The notes beneath the pieces were generated by a model. It saw only the letters and a program-made list of their open reading frames with translations, had not been told where the DNA came from and searched no databases. DNA of 51,397 bases, counting the filler, from Stramenopiles sp. TOSAG23-2 (Eukaryota), in NCBI GenBank assembly GCA_900128395.1. It is 2 parts of 2 records of this genome, joined end to end, with 100 filler letters (N's around TTAATTAATTAA, not from the genome) between each part and the next. Parts side by side here need not be neighbours in the genome. Positions count along the whole stretch, not along the records: positions 1 to 25,673 come from LT649450.1; positions 25,774 to 51,397 come from LT649451.1. The stretch is one strand, 5' to 3'. Numbering within the stretch: the stretch's first letter is position 1; each line of letters begins with the position of its first letter. The position numbers and the translations under genes are program-made. Below, piece after piece: positions 23,204 through 33,921 of this stretch.

Positions 23204-24583
23204 TTATGCTTTGGATTGCAAATGTGGTGCAAGTTTGTCATATGCAATATCTGGTACATGCGCAAATTTATTGTATTTCACAATATTTTTGTTTTCACCA
23301 CTCATGTTACGGCCAGTTTGACTAACTTGTTTGTTGATTTCCATTTTACTAACAGTTTGTAAGTGAACAATATCTGGACCATCCGCTACACGCAATGTAC
23401 GTAAGTTGGTGTACAATGCGGACAAACCACTATCTTGGGATACACCATGTGCACCGTGAACTTGGATTGCCTCATCAACAATTTTCAATGCTGCTTTTGG
23501 CGCAGCATATTTGATCATTGCAATGTATTTACGTGCAGCTTTGAAACCATGTTCATCAGCCATAGTTGCAGCTAAGTAGCACAACATACGGATTTGTGTG
23601 ATTTCAATTCTTGCTTCAGCAACAACTTGATGGATTGCTTGATGATCTTTCAACAATTTACCAAATGCTTTACGGGAATGTGCACGATGTACAATACTTT
23701 CCAATGCAATTTCTGCACTACCGATGGTACGCATGCAATGATGGATACGGCCAGGTCCAAGACGTGCTTGGGAAATTTCAAATCCACGGCCTACACCTAA
23801 CAAGACATTTGTTTTTGGTACACGTACGTTATCGAAAACAATTTCAGCATGGTCGTGTCTATGCCCGAAAACAGATAATGCACGTACAATCTTTACCCCT
23901 GGGGTATCTTTTGGTACCAAAACCATACTTTGCTGTTGATGTCTTGGACCATCGAATCTACTTTTACCCATAACAACAAGCAATTTGCATTCTGGACGAA
24001 TAGAACCAGAGATCCACCATTTATGGCCATTGATAATAAGGTCATCGCCATCTTCTTCAATACGTGTGGAAATATTAGTTGCATCACTGGAAGCAACACC
24101 AGGTTCGGTCATTGCATATGCAGAACGGATATCTTTGTTCATCAATGGCTCCAAAAAACGTTTCTTTTGGTCTGGGGTTCCGAATTTGTGGATAATTTCC
24201 ATGTTACCAGTATCTGGTGCAGAGCAATTCATTGCTGCGTTGACCAAAGGTACAGCACCTAAAATTTCAGCAATTGGTGCATATTCCAAGTTGGACAAAC
24301 CGCCGCCTCCGAAAAGGAAGAAATTCCAAAGACCACGATCTTTTGCTTTTTGTTCAAGCTCTTTCATGCATGGTGGTTGTGGAGTCAACAATGGATCTTG
24401 TTGTTTTTTTCTTAATTCACCAAATTCTTGTCTGTATCTTGGTAACATTGGGATGCATTCTTCAAGTGCGAAGGATACAACTTTTTTTCGTACATCCATA
24501 AAATTTGGACCTAACTTGCCTTTAAAAGGTACAAGTTCATCAGGCAATGGTGCATTTACATCAAGGAATTTTGCGCCAGACAT
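23204..24583 (-). CDS. Acyl-CoA dehydrogenase, ACAD10/ACAD11/IBR3-type
   Basis: NCSAPDTGNME, AMTEPGVASSDATNI, INGHKWWISG, QARLGPGRIHHCMR, RVADGPDIVH. Confidence 0.95.
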   Translation of the reverse strand: MSGAKFLDVNAPLPDELVPFKGKLGPNFMDVRKKVVSFALEECIPMLPRYRQEFGELRKKQQDPLLTPQPPCMKELEQKAKDRGLWNFFLFGGGGLSNLEYAPIAEILGAVPLVNAAMNCSAPDTGNMEIIHKFGTPDQKKRFLEPLMNKDIRSAYAMTEPGVASSDATNISTRIEEDGDDLIINGHKWWISGSIRPECKLLVVMGKSRFDGPRHQQQSMVLVPKDTPGVKIVRALSVFGHRHDHAEIVFDNVRVPKTNVLLGVGRGFEISQARLGPGRIHHCMRTIGSAEIALESIVHRAHSRKAFGKLLKDHQAIHQVVAEARIEITQIRMLCYLAATMADEHGFKAARKYIAMIKYAAPKAALKIVDEAIQVHGAHGVSQDSGLSALYTNLRTLRVADGPDIVHLQTVSKMEINKQVSQTGRNMSGENKNIVKYNKFAHVPDIAYDKLAPHLQSKA

Positions 24584-25600
24584 TTTCTATATAGTATATA
24601 TATATGATTTATTTGATTCTGTTTTTTTGTTTTTTCTCGTTTGATTGCTTAGTTGCAGGTAGTTAATTTAGAAAATAACTTGTTTGTTTTGTTCTATATG
24701 TATGTGTAAATGTATGTGTATGTCTGTATGTTATTTTTTTGTTTTGTTCATCTATTATATCTTAGTTGATGCAACTCATAAGGGTATTTACATGCTAATG
24801 CTTTAATAAACGAGATCTTAATTTTACAGTCTTACGCTAACAATTTCTAATGCTGTGTTCATGTATTATATTTTATCAGGAAGAGTGTTTCCTCCCTTTT
24901 TTTTTCATGTATGCTGTGCTCCTGCTAAGGCCTGCTGCTTTTTTTAATCCCTTTGACTGGATGGCACACGCTTTATCGAACACAAAAGGCTTATGAAAGT
25001 TGCAACAACTTTCTGAAAAAACACCTAAGACACAAAAACACAAAAACTTGCTAGTATACGATGCTCCTATATATCGTGCTATATTTTTAAGGTATATTTG
25101 TTTCGCTGGAGACGTAAAATTTACTATACTTGGTAGTCTAATATTCTAGAAATATAATACCTGGTATAATTTTTACGTAAAATATTCTATAAATTTCCTT
25201 GTGTGGTTTTTTTATAAAATTTCAGCAGCATAAAAAATCGAATAAAATTGGTGGTTATAAAATTCGCTTGTTGTTAGCATAGTACAGTACCACACATGTG
25301 CACATGTGCACATACACATCGCCCTTATATATGTTGCTTATTATTATATAATAATTTCAATAATAGTCTATGCGGATTTATCTTTTAAGAAGATATATAT
25401 TAAAGATATTCGATATGTACATACAAAACAACAACAAAACAATATTAGATAAACCAAAAGTGTGTAGTTCCCCTTACATAAAAATATATTAACAAATTAA
25501 AAAAACAAGAGAAAGAAAGAAGAAAACAAATTTTTTTTTTTTATATTTATATTCAAACAAAGAAAAACAAACCAGCAAAAGCAAAAAAATAGAAGCAAAG

Positions 25601-25673
25601 ATGAAAATTTATGATATCATTTTATTTGCAATTGCATACATATTGTTTGTATCGTCAAGAGTAAGAGCAGAAC
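25601..25673 (+). CDS. Probable N-terminal signal peptide of a gene cut by the contig end
   Basis: MKIYDIILFAIAYILFVSSRVRAE after an A-rich leader; frame open until the Ns. Confidence 0.5.
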
Positions 25674-25773
25674 NNNNNNNNNNNNNNNNNNNNNNNNNNN
25701 NNNNNNNNNNNNNNNNNTTAATTAATTAANNNNNNNNNNNNNNNNNNNNNNNNNNNNNNNNNNNNNNNNNNNN
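25674..25773. other. Artificial contig-joining linker
   Basis: 44 N + TTAATTAATTAA (stops in all six frames) + 44 N = 100 bp. Confidence 0.98.
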
Positions 25774-26515
25774 GTTGGAATAAAATTTATTTAAAAAAAG
25801 ATAATTGTATTTTTTTGTATCTTCTTTTTCATCGGTGTTTGTGTATGTCGTTGTAATTATCATTTACAACACATCTTTTTTTCTAATTTCCATCAATTTT
25901 AAGGACTCAATAAAAAATGTCGTCTGGATCTGCTGGTGAAAATATTTTTTCTTCAGTTTTTGTGTAGCATGTACATACCATTGAAAAATGAAAAAAAATT
26001 AGGAAATCGAAAACAAAATCTGCCGTTCATAGTCGCTAGCAGGCAGATAGCATCGGAATATGTTACAACATCATCACAGGAACAAGAGGTGTTTCCCACC
26101 AACCATCACACACACACCAGAATTAGCACAGCAATGGCCTTGTCGGCCTTGCCTGCTTGGGCAAAAAGCAGAACGAAAAAGAACTAAAATTAACACTACT
26201 CATTATGAAAAAAAAAGTGCCCATGACTACAACAATTTTGATCTCAACCAACCCTACATCTCATTTTCTTCTTCTTCCTCCCATCAATATATAGAAAAAT
26301 GAATTGAAACACATTTGTTAGAGAGAGGTGTGTGTTTGTTTGTCTGTCTGCATGATATTTGGACCTACATTTTATACATCGTAGTAACAACATATATATA
26401 TATATACATACATACATCTTGTATAGTTAATATAGAGAAATAACATTAGCGAGTTAATAGTTGCACAAATCTTTTCTCGATACAACACAAACAACAACAT
26501 ATTATTGTATTTATC

Positions 26516-28270
26516 ATGACGGATTTAAATAATGCACCAATGCCATCCACGCATGATGCTTCTTACAATTTGAACGCTTCAACAAAAGAGTTTTTTACTA
26601 CTTTTTTCAATGCATTTAATACAGCTAATTTACCTGAATTAAGACAACATTATTTCTTTGGATTCAATGAATTACAAGATAAATATTACAAAGATATCCC
26701 ATGGCCTGATGAAACTGCTATTGCACCATTATGTAGTGACAATTCTTTTTTCCAAATGTTATACAAAGAGTTAACTATGAGACATTTACATGGTTTAAAA
26801 TTAGCAACTGTGAACGATAGGATTGATGGATATTATCATTTTTTAGAAATGTTTGATTTTATATTGCAATGGGGAAATGAAATGCCATATCAAATACCAT
26901 TAGAATGGCTGTTCGATATCATCAATGAATTTGTATATCAATTTCAAGCATATTGGCAATATGTAGGCCGTTCAGCAGACCTTGCGCAAGAAGATATTAA
27001 AATTATTGAAGAAAATCCAGATGCATGGAAACCTAGTTTGGTATTATGGTATTTACAAGAGTTACAAGCAGCTTCTGTGATCAAAGAAGCGATTGTTGCT
27101 GATCGTGATGGAAAGCCCTTGCCAGAACGCCCAAATCAAATCCTGCATATGCTTGGTTACTTTGCCATTATCGGTGAATGCAGAGTACATTTGATGATTG
27201 GGGATTACATTAGTGCATTAAAAGCTGTGGATGTCATTGATTTCTCACAACCTGGATTATTTTCACGTGTACGTACATGCCACGTGATGTTGTTTTATTG
27301 CACCGGATTTGCATACATGATGTTGAAACGATTTCATGATGCAACCAGAATATTTGGCACAATGATTGTATTTTTACAACGTGCGAATCGACAAGCTGGC
27401 AATGTGTTTCAAAAATTCGTAAAGAAGAAGCACGACCAAATGCTTCATTTATTGGCATTGATGCAAAGCGTATCAAGTGATTTAAAAGTAGATACTTCCG
27501 TACAAAAAAAAATCAATGAAGTGGTTGAAAATACATTTGGTATACAAAGTACCGAAGAAGGGGTTTATAAAAAAGCATATGAATCATTATTCAAATATGG
27601 TGGTCCAAAATTCATCATTCCATCTAAACCAGATTATACGAAAGTTAGCACAACCAATAGTTACGATGAAGCAAGATTTGCACAAAGCAAGCCATTTATT
27701 AGTGAATTATGTGAGCGTAAAAATGTAAATGAAATTGCATTTTACTTAAAATTGTACACAACTGTTACAATTAAGAAATTAGTCACATTGTTAAGTAAAG
27801 ATACAGATAAAGAACCATTGACAGAGCAAAAAGTGATTTCACGTTTGTTATGTTTGAAAAATAAATCAATGGATACCATTTGGAAAAGCGGCAGTCCATT
27901 ATCTGGTAAAAAAATATCAACTGGTGAAGTGCATTTTTATATAAAAGGCGAATCAGTTCATATCACAAATACTGATAAATTAACTGATAAAAGCAATTCA
28001 TATATTGGACGTTATTTTATTGAACATACGCAAAATTTTGATAAAGTTACGACGGATATTCAAAATTCATGGGAAGGCTGTGCGCCATTACCATTCAATG
28101 CGCGTAATATTAGTAATAGACGCGGTGGTAACAACAATAGGGGTAAAGGTAGACGTGGGCGTGGAAGAGGCAGAGGTCGAGGTGGGCGTGGAAGAGGCAG
28201 AGGCAGAGGCAGAGGTGGACGTGGTAGGTTTAATAATAATCGTAATTTCAATAATAAAAATTCATGGTAA
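26516..28270 (+). CDS. EIF3L: Translation initiation factor 3 subunit L, with RGG/RG-rich tail
   Basis: WP....IA, LYKEL..RH, WLFDIINEFVYQFQ, MLGYFAIIG..RVH..IGDY..ALK, GFAYMMLKRF.DA, PKFI, YLKLYTT. Confidence 0.93.
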   Translation: MTDLNNAPMPSTHDASYNLNASTKEFFTTFFNAFNTANLPELRQHYFFGFNELQDKYYKDIPWPDETAIAPLCSDNSFFQMLYKELTMRHLHGLKLATVNDRIDGYYHFLEMFDFILQWGNEMPYQIPLEWLFDIINEFVYQFQAYWQYVGRSADLAQEDIKIIEENPDAWKPSLVLWYLQELQAASVIKEAIVADRDGKPLPERPNQILHMLGYFAIIGECRVHLMIGDYISALKAVDVIDFSQPGLFSRVRTCHVMLFYCTGFAYMMLKRFHDATRIFGTMIVFLQRANRQAGNVFQKFVKKKHDQMLHLLALMQSVSSDLKVDTSVQKKINEVVENTFGIQSTEEGVYKKAYESLFKYGGPKFIIPSKPDYTKVSTTNSYDEARFAQSKPFISELCERKNVNEIAFYLKLYTTVTIKKLVTLLSKDTDKEPLTEQKVISRLLCLKNKSMDTIWKSGSPLSGKKISTGEVHFYIKGESVHITNTDKLTDKSNSYIGRYFIEHTQNFDKVTTDIQNSWEGCAPLPFNARNISNRRGGNNNRGKGRRGRGRGRGRGGRGRGRGRGRGGRGRFNNNRNFNNKNSW

Positions 28271-28656
28271 AAAGTTAGGTGAATGTTAATAAAAATATAT
28301 GTGTGTTGTGGATACATATTATATATACTCGTACAAAAAGAAGGGACAAGAAAAAGAGAGAGAGGAGTGTGTGATTTTTTTGTGTGCCCATATCTTTTTG
28401 AATATATCTCTCATATTATTAGCATCCATATATGTATGCATACACCGGTCATAAATTTTAATAATTTTTTATTTATTATTACTATTTTCTACTTACTATA
28501 AAGTACTAAAATGCACTACATTTTAATTTGTATGTTGTATTTTTTCGTATGATATTTTAAAATTAATAGATAACTTTATACATATAGATAGATACATTGT
28601 ATACAAAAATAAATATACGCATATGGATATAGAGAAATATATTATTGATTATTAGA

Positions 28657-29715
28657 ATGAATAATGATGTTAATGAAAATAACAATCATGATGACAATGT
28701 AGAAATAGGAGAAGCTAAAACTCATGAAGATAATAATAATGATGAAGAAATTGGTGAATCTGGTTCTATTATTAATCGTATATGGAATGTAACAAATGAT
28801 ATCACTAATGCCAGTTTTTCTGCAACGGGTGACGTTGCAAGGTTTGCTGTCAATACCTTGTTTGACACTGGGAATGTCATTGTACAAAATGTAATACGCA
28901 GGAATGCTACAAGCGATGAGGAAGTTATAGCGACAACACAACAGCAACAACAGCCAAATGCTGATGATAGCAATGAGGAAAAAGTTGAAATTCCAGCAAT
29001 ACAAATCCGTGTTGTAGATGAAACGAATGTTGAAGCTGTTGCTAGGAGATCAGACAACCCCATCGTTATATCGGCTGGATCTCCAAACCGGCATAATCAT
29101 CGGCGTATTCGACGGTTACGACAGCAACAAATTGAACGTCGCCAAGCTTCAGAAACTAATAATCTCCAACTACCACCAAACGAGGAATTGCTTAGTGCAT
29201 TTTTTTTCTTTGTACTCTCCTCGATTCCTATTGCCTATATTGTTACGATCATATGGTCTTTCATCACTTTAATTAATTCTTCTTTATTACAAACACCTTT
29301 GCTTGATACGTATAAGATATTAGATATGCTTTTATTTTTTGATTTGTTGTTAATGTTTCAAGCCTTTGCTTTTCTCGTAATGTTAATTGCATATAATTTA
29401 TGTAATAGCCCATCTGATTTTTTTTGTTGCTGTATTGAAAGAGGACAAGATGCGGGTAGGAGACGAGGTCTATTTGGTGATGATCGCGATTGTTGTTTGT
29501 TATGGTTTTTCTTTGTTGCAACAATGGGAATGAATTTTTTGATTGTCATTTTTGGTACCATTATAAGCATTTTTACAGGATTTTCCTCTGAACCGGAAAT
29601 TTGTGATCCTTTCTTGTACAATATTGCTGTTTTAAATTGTGTATTGGGTTTTGGTGTGAATTTATGTTTTTGTTGTGCAAGTAGTGGTAATTATTTTTTG
29701 CAAGAGCGTGGATGA
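28657..29715 (+). CDS. Hypothetical membrane protein with ~4 C-terminal TM helices and Cys clusters
   Basis: ATG at 28657 in frame; acidic disordered N-half, hydrophobic C-half. Confidence 0.75.
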   Translation: MNNDVNENNNHDDNVEIGEAKTHEDNNNDEEIGESGSIINRIWNVTNDITNASFSATGDVARFAVNTLFDTGNVIVQNVIRRNATSDEEVIATTQQQQQPNADDSNEEKVEIPAIQIRVVDETNVEAVARRSDNPIVISAGSPNRHNHRRIRRLRQQQIERRQASETNNLQLPPNEELLSAFFFFVLSSIPIAYIVTIIWSFITLINSSLLQTPLLDTYKILDMLLFFDLLLMFQAFAFLVMLIAYNLCNSPSDFFCCCIERGQDAGRRRGLFGDDRDCCLLWFFFVATMGMNFLIVIFGTIISIFTGFSSEPEICDPFLYNIAVLNCVLGFGVNLCFCCASSGNYFLQERG

Positions 29716-29848
29716 GTGTATATAGTGGATGGGTAAAAATAAAATATATGATGTGTGTGCGTAAAAATTTTACGTACGTAATGAAACTTGCGCTTTATAA
29801 TAATCGTTTTGCTTTAAAGATATATAGTATAATTAATGCATTAACTTA

Positions 29849-29995
29849 TTTTTTAATTTACTCAAATGATAATTCCTACGAACGTACTCTCCAGAAAGAA
29901 TGTACAATAACTGGAGACAAAAGAGTTCATTGAAATCCACAGAGTGTGCCAACATTTTTAAGATGTAAAAACATTGGTGGAGGTAAATAGATGCA
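29849..29995 (-). repeat. Dispersed A-tailed repeat, copy B (longest; may extend towards ~30190)
   Basis: Matches copy A up to agagtgtgcc (29950); gaggtaaatagatg (~29980) recurs inverted at 39152-39165. Confidence 0.8.
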
Positions 29996-30389
29996 ATTAA
30001 CACATTATATGCATCAATTGAAAACCGTGTATTGTTCAAAGGTGTGTGATACATCGTACCGTGGTAGAGTATATCGTGATCCTTCTTGCATATACTTCAT
30101 TCGTACAGTTTAGAGTGCAATGAATATGACTCGCATAAAAGTCAGTAATCGGCACAAGGTTGTGTAAAGATATTTGGGCATCAGAACTGCGAAAAATATT
30201 ATGTCTTATATTTTGTATATCAGTATCATATATTATGATATATAAAATGTTCTCTTATATTATATACATTGTATTTAAAAAATATTATATTACAGAATTT
30301 TAACCATCATATATTACAGAACACATAAACATATCATATGCATACGCGCGTACATCATTTTTTGGAGCTCTCTCTCTCTCTCTCTTGCT

Positions 30390-32492
30390 CTACCATTTAT
30401 CAAGATCACCACCATCATTACCTCTAGAACTATTGACAGAGCTACGATTGGTCATACGTGAATTTACTCTAACACTACTCCTTTTATCTTGGCCACTTTT
30501 TCCTCTGCTCCTATTACTACGGCGAGAATTTTTATTATTATTTGATCGATATGTATTACGTCCTCGTATACTTGAACCATCTTCTGTATTTGCTCTAACA
30601 TCAATACGATTTAAACGAGGAACATTTGCACGAGCAGGACCGACATCATTTCTTTCATACAATGGAGCAGTCACAGGTTTTTTCATTGGTGTTTTCCCCA
30701 TCACACGTGAAACCTCTAAACCTTGTCCTAATGTTAATTTACGCGGCACGACACTAACAACTTCTCTTCCTTTGTGTAATTCCACATAACCACCATTTCT
30801 TTCATGTGCACCACTTGGTGGTTTGATACCAGCTGTAATAAAATCAAATTGTTGCACAACTTTAATGCACCATGTTAACATATTTGCTGCGAATAATGAA
30901 TGACGACGAATACGTTCAGGAGCAAAATTACGTTCCATCAATTCATTACGTACACAATCAATATCATCCATCGGTACTTGCGATGGGTCTAATAAAACAA
31001 TTTCTCGCAAAAATGTATCGGATGACATCATTTCCCTACATCCAGGCCATGAATTGTCTTCATATCCTAAAATTTTACACACACAAAAAAAAACACGATG
31101 AACCAATTCATTTGGTCGGATAATATTTCTTGTTTCATCTAATTCTTTTCTCGTAAAATTGGGTAATTCTATTTGTCCTAAATTATCAAATCCACTCGCA
31201 CGTGGATTGTCACTTCCATTTGGTTTAATTGGCCCATGTAATGGTATACCACCTTTTTCTGCTAAAAAATGATTTGGGCGTCCAGCTTTTTCTCCAACAT
31301 AGAATCCATTTACTAATTTACCTTTTGGAAAATTTTCCATGGTATCTGCTTGCATAATAATTGGCTTCATTGGTTGTGTTGGTCGGTTTATTTTGAACAT
31401 TGCACGTGCGCGTGCTTCAGCATATGCTTCAGCAAAATTTATTCCTTTAAATGAATTATTATTATTATCATTTTTATTATAATTATTATTACTACTAGTA
31501 CTTCTACCTCCTCCTGGTTGTTGTTGAATGTTATTACTATTGTCATTGTTATTGCTCATTTCTTCCCCAGCGCTAGATGATATTTGCCCACTCATTACAT
31601 TTCCACTATTTGATGTACCATCACCACCACTTTGTGACATATTTTGAGAATTATTCGAATCAGATGGAAACATTACAGATGAACTTGGTATACCATTTGA
31701 AATGGTATTATTACTAACATTGGATCCTACAAAACTTGTGGAGGAGGGATTATTATTATTACTATTATTATTGCTATTGCTATTTTTCAACGATTCTACA
31801 TAACATTGTTCTAAAACAGATTTTGCCTCTTCTAAATATATACGATATCTAGCTGCCCCTAATCGACCTTTCATTCCATCATCCCATGCAGTTACAACTA
31901 AAACAACATTTTGTACTTCCCAACGTTGTAATAAATATAATAATTTATCACCTACGCCAGGATCATTGCCATCACTACGACCTTCTAAAATTGTTGCTTC
32001 TTCGTTCATACCACCACCGTCCCCATTTTCGTCCATTGCACCTGCAGCTGCATTAATAGCCAAACGATACGCGCACGGGTTGCTTGTTGATAAGGACCAT
32101 GGCGGTGATTGTGATAATTGATTAATCACATATTCCACATCTTCCAAATATCGCACAGGAGCTGCATGTCCTTGAAACTTTGTTTTTTTCCATATTCTTG
32201 TTTCACCATGTGTTATTGGTATTGCAAATTCAGATTGTTTCAAAGACATTGATAATTTACATATAGCTGCATGGTCTTTATATTGTTGTACTGGTATATC
32301 TTGCATGCATACACCGCATTTAACTAAAAATTGAGAACCTAAAGATTGTATCATATGTTTTCCTTCGTCAACTTTATTACATTGTTGTTGGGAAATATTA
32401 ATATTATCATTATTATTCACGTTGTTATTATTACCATCACCAGGTTCTTGATTTTTATATTCATATTGATTTAAATTGCCAGTCGATGCCAT
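30390..32492 (-). CDS. Multidomain protein: CCHC (UBZ-like) finger + degenerate IMPACT/YigZ (UPF0029) domain + dynein stalk microtubule-binding-like domain
   Basis: CGVC..DHAAIC; KKTKFQGHAAPV...AYRL...GDKLLYLLQ..VQNVVLVVT.W..G..RLG..RYR; P.ELVHRVFFCVCKILG...SW..CREMM...FLREIV.LD...FAPERIRRHSLFAANMLTWC. Confidence 0.8.
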   Translation of the reverse strand: MASTGNLNQYEYKNQEPGDGNNNNVNNNDNINISQQQCNKVDEGKHMIQSLGSQFLVKCGVCMQDIPVQQYKDHAAICKLSMSLKQSEFAIPITHGETRIWKKTKFQGHAAPVRYLEDVEYVINQLSQSPPWSLSTSNPCAYRLAINAAAGAMDENGDGGGMNEEATILEGRSDGNDPGVGDKLLYLLQRWEVQNVVLVVTAWDDGMKGRLGAARYRIYLEEAKSVLEQCYVESLKNSNSNNNSNNNNPSSTSFVGSNVSNNTISNGIPSSSVMFPSDSNNSQNMSQSGGDGTSNSGNVMSGQISSSAGEEMSNNNDNSNNIQQQPGGGRSTSSNNNYNKNDNNNNSFKGINFAEAYAEARARAMFKINRPTQPMKPIIMQADTMENFPKGKLVNGFYVGEKAGRPNHFLAEKGGIPLHGPIKPNGSDNPRASGFDNLGQIELPNFTRKELDETRNIIRPNELVHRVFFCVCKILGYEDNSWPGCREMMSSDTFLREIVLLDPSQVPMDDIDCVRNELMERNFAPERIRRHSLFAANMLTWCIKVVQQFDFITAGIKPPSGAHERNGGYVELHKGREVVSVVPRKLTLGQGLEVSRVMGKTPMKKPVTAPLYERNDVGPARANVPRLNRIDVRANTEDGSSIRGRNTYRSNNNKNSRRSNRSRGKSGQDKRSSVRVNSRMTNRSSVNSSRGNDGGDLDKW

Positions 32493-32713
32493 GATGGAGT
32501 ATATATATATAATAAAACAAAGAGAATTATTACGTATTAAAATTTATCGTAGTAATAATAATAGTAATAATCAGGAAACGTTTTTGTTTCTTTCTGTATG
32601 TATCTGCAGTGTTTTCTGGAGGGGATACACAATTTTTAATTTTATCGTTTTTTTTTTTTTATAACGTTTCTTTCTTCCACAAGTTGTTGCACAACAACCT
32701 TAACCTAAAAAAA

Positions 32714-32775
32714 ATGCTGGAATAATTGCCAGGAATGCTGGAATGCCTGGAATGCCAGAATGCCATTTGAATGCT
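32714..32775 (-). promoter_or_regulatory. Tandem GCATTCCAG-like motifs upstream of the 32492 start
   Basis: Plus strand gctggaat..ccaggaatgctggaatgcctggaatgccagaatgcc, ~220-280 bp upstream of a minus-strand ATG. Regulatory role inferred from position only. Confidence 0.4.
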
Positions 32776-33205
32776 GATGTCATGCTATCTGATTTCTGAT
32801 TGAATTTTTTTTTTCCGCGATTTCTACCTCCTGGTACTGTACCTTCTGGCCTTCCTCCTATCAATTTTATACTGAAATGGAAATTGTGCAGGACAAAAAA
32901 TGAACCTTTTCAACCAACATCTCCCGATAATAAAACAAAAAACCACAAAAAAACTACCTTGGTACTTGAAGTAAATATAGGATGTAAATAGCATTAGAAA
33001 GTTAATGACGATATATATTTTTTGTTTATTTTTTTGACAAGTAATTGTGATAGACGACACAAAAGAAAGAAAAACAATATATCGATACATCATATATAGA
33101 AAAGAAACAATAAGAAAGACAGATAGTGTGTGTTATTAAAAAATAACAAACAGAAAAAAACTGTAAACGACGAGAGATAGCAATTGTAATAACAATAAAA
33201 AAGAA

Positions 33206-33532
33206 ATGGGTGGATCCGAACCAACAATGATATCAAGAGCAAAGATAGAAATGTGCCGCCCTGCTGCAACAACATTAAGACGTATAAAAACTACACAATC
33301 AAATTTGTGTGATATGAAATCAACAACAAATGTATTTTTAGCGAGTCATTGTAAAACATGTAATAAACGATCTTGCCCAATCTGTATTCCTAAATTCAAT
33401 CAGCCATTAGCATTAGAAGAATTCGGTAAGAAGCGTGAATCGGTATCAATTGAATTCAATCGTCTCGTTGATATCAGAGTAGATAAACAGAAATACAATA
33501 CTGATGAATTCATCTTTTCTCTTGAATTGTGA
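33206..33532 (+). CDS. Small Cys-containing hypothetical protein
   Basis: 108-aa ORF with CKTC...CPIC after an A-rich leader. Confidence 0.55.
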   Translation: MGGSEPTMISRAKIEMCRPAATTLRRIKTTQSNLCDMKSTTNVFLASHCKTCNKRSCPICIPKFNQPLALEEFGKKRESVSIEFNRLVDIRVDKQKYNTDEFIFSLEL

Positions 33533-33661
33533 TTAAACTCTTCTTCGTGTGTCGTTGCTGTCGTTGGGGTTAAAATCATCATCATCATCGATCAAAAAAT
33601 TATACAAATTTTTCAACATACAATTTTTCCAGGTTTTTTTTACCAGGTTTACATTTTTCCG

Positions 33662-33698
33662 GGCATTCCAGGCATTCCAGGCATTCCAGCAGGCATTC
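33662..33698 (+). promoter_or_regulatory. Tandem GCATTCCAG motifs upstream of the 33922 start
   Basis: ggcattccaggcattccaggcattccagcaggcattc, ~225-260 bp upstream of the ATG. Regulatory role inferred from position only. Confidence 0.4.
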
Positions 33699-33921
33699 AT
33701 CAACAAAAAAGAAAATAAAATGCAAAAAAAAAACAAAAAAGCAAGGTGCCAAGTGCAAAAATGCAATATATAAAAAAAAATATATATATATTTAAAAGTA
33801 AAAATATATATATTTTATACCTCCTCAATAAATATTTCATATCATATATCATATATGAATATACAACTATAACACACGCCTCTCCTCACGCTTAATAATA
33901 ATAATATATATATATATAAAC

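Noticed and set aside
23204-23215. ACAD C-terminal SKA as a PTS1
   Set aside because: Terminal Ala does not fit the PTS1 consensus, and the gene is on the other contig from the proposed cluster.
24000-24583. Alternative genetic code or stop readthrough as an explanation for broken genes
   Set aside because: Conserved genes (RUVBL1, ACAD, eIF3L, CK2 beta) translate cleanly in the standard code, TAA/TAG/TGA all serve as stops, and the breaks are missing segments rather than internal stops.
25674-25773. TTAATTAATTAA palindrome inside the N gap
   Set aside because: Standard six-frame-stop concatenation linker; not biological, and synteny across it is meaningless.
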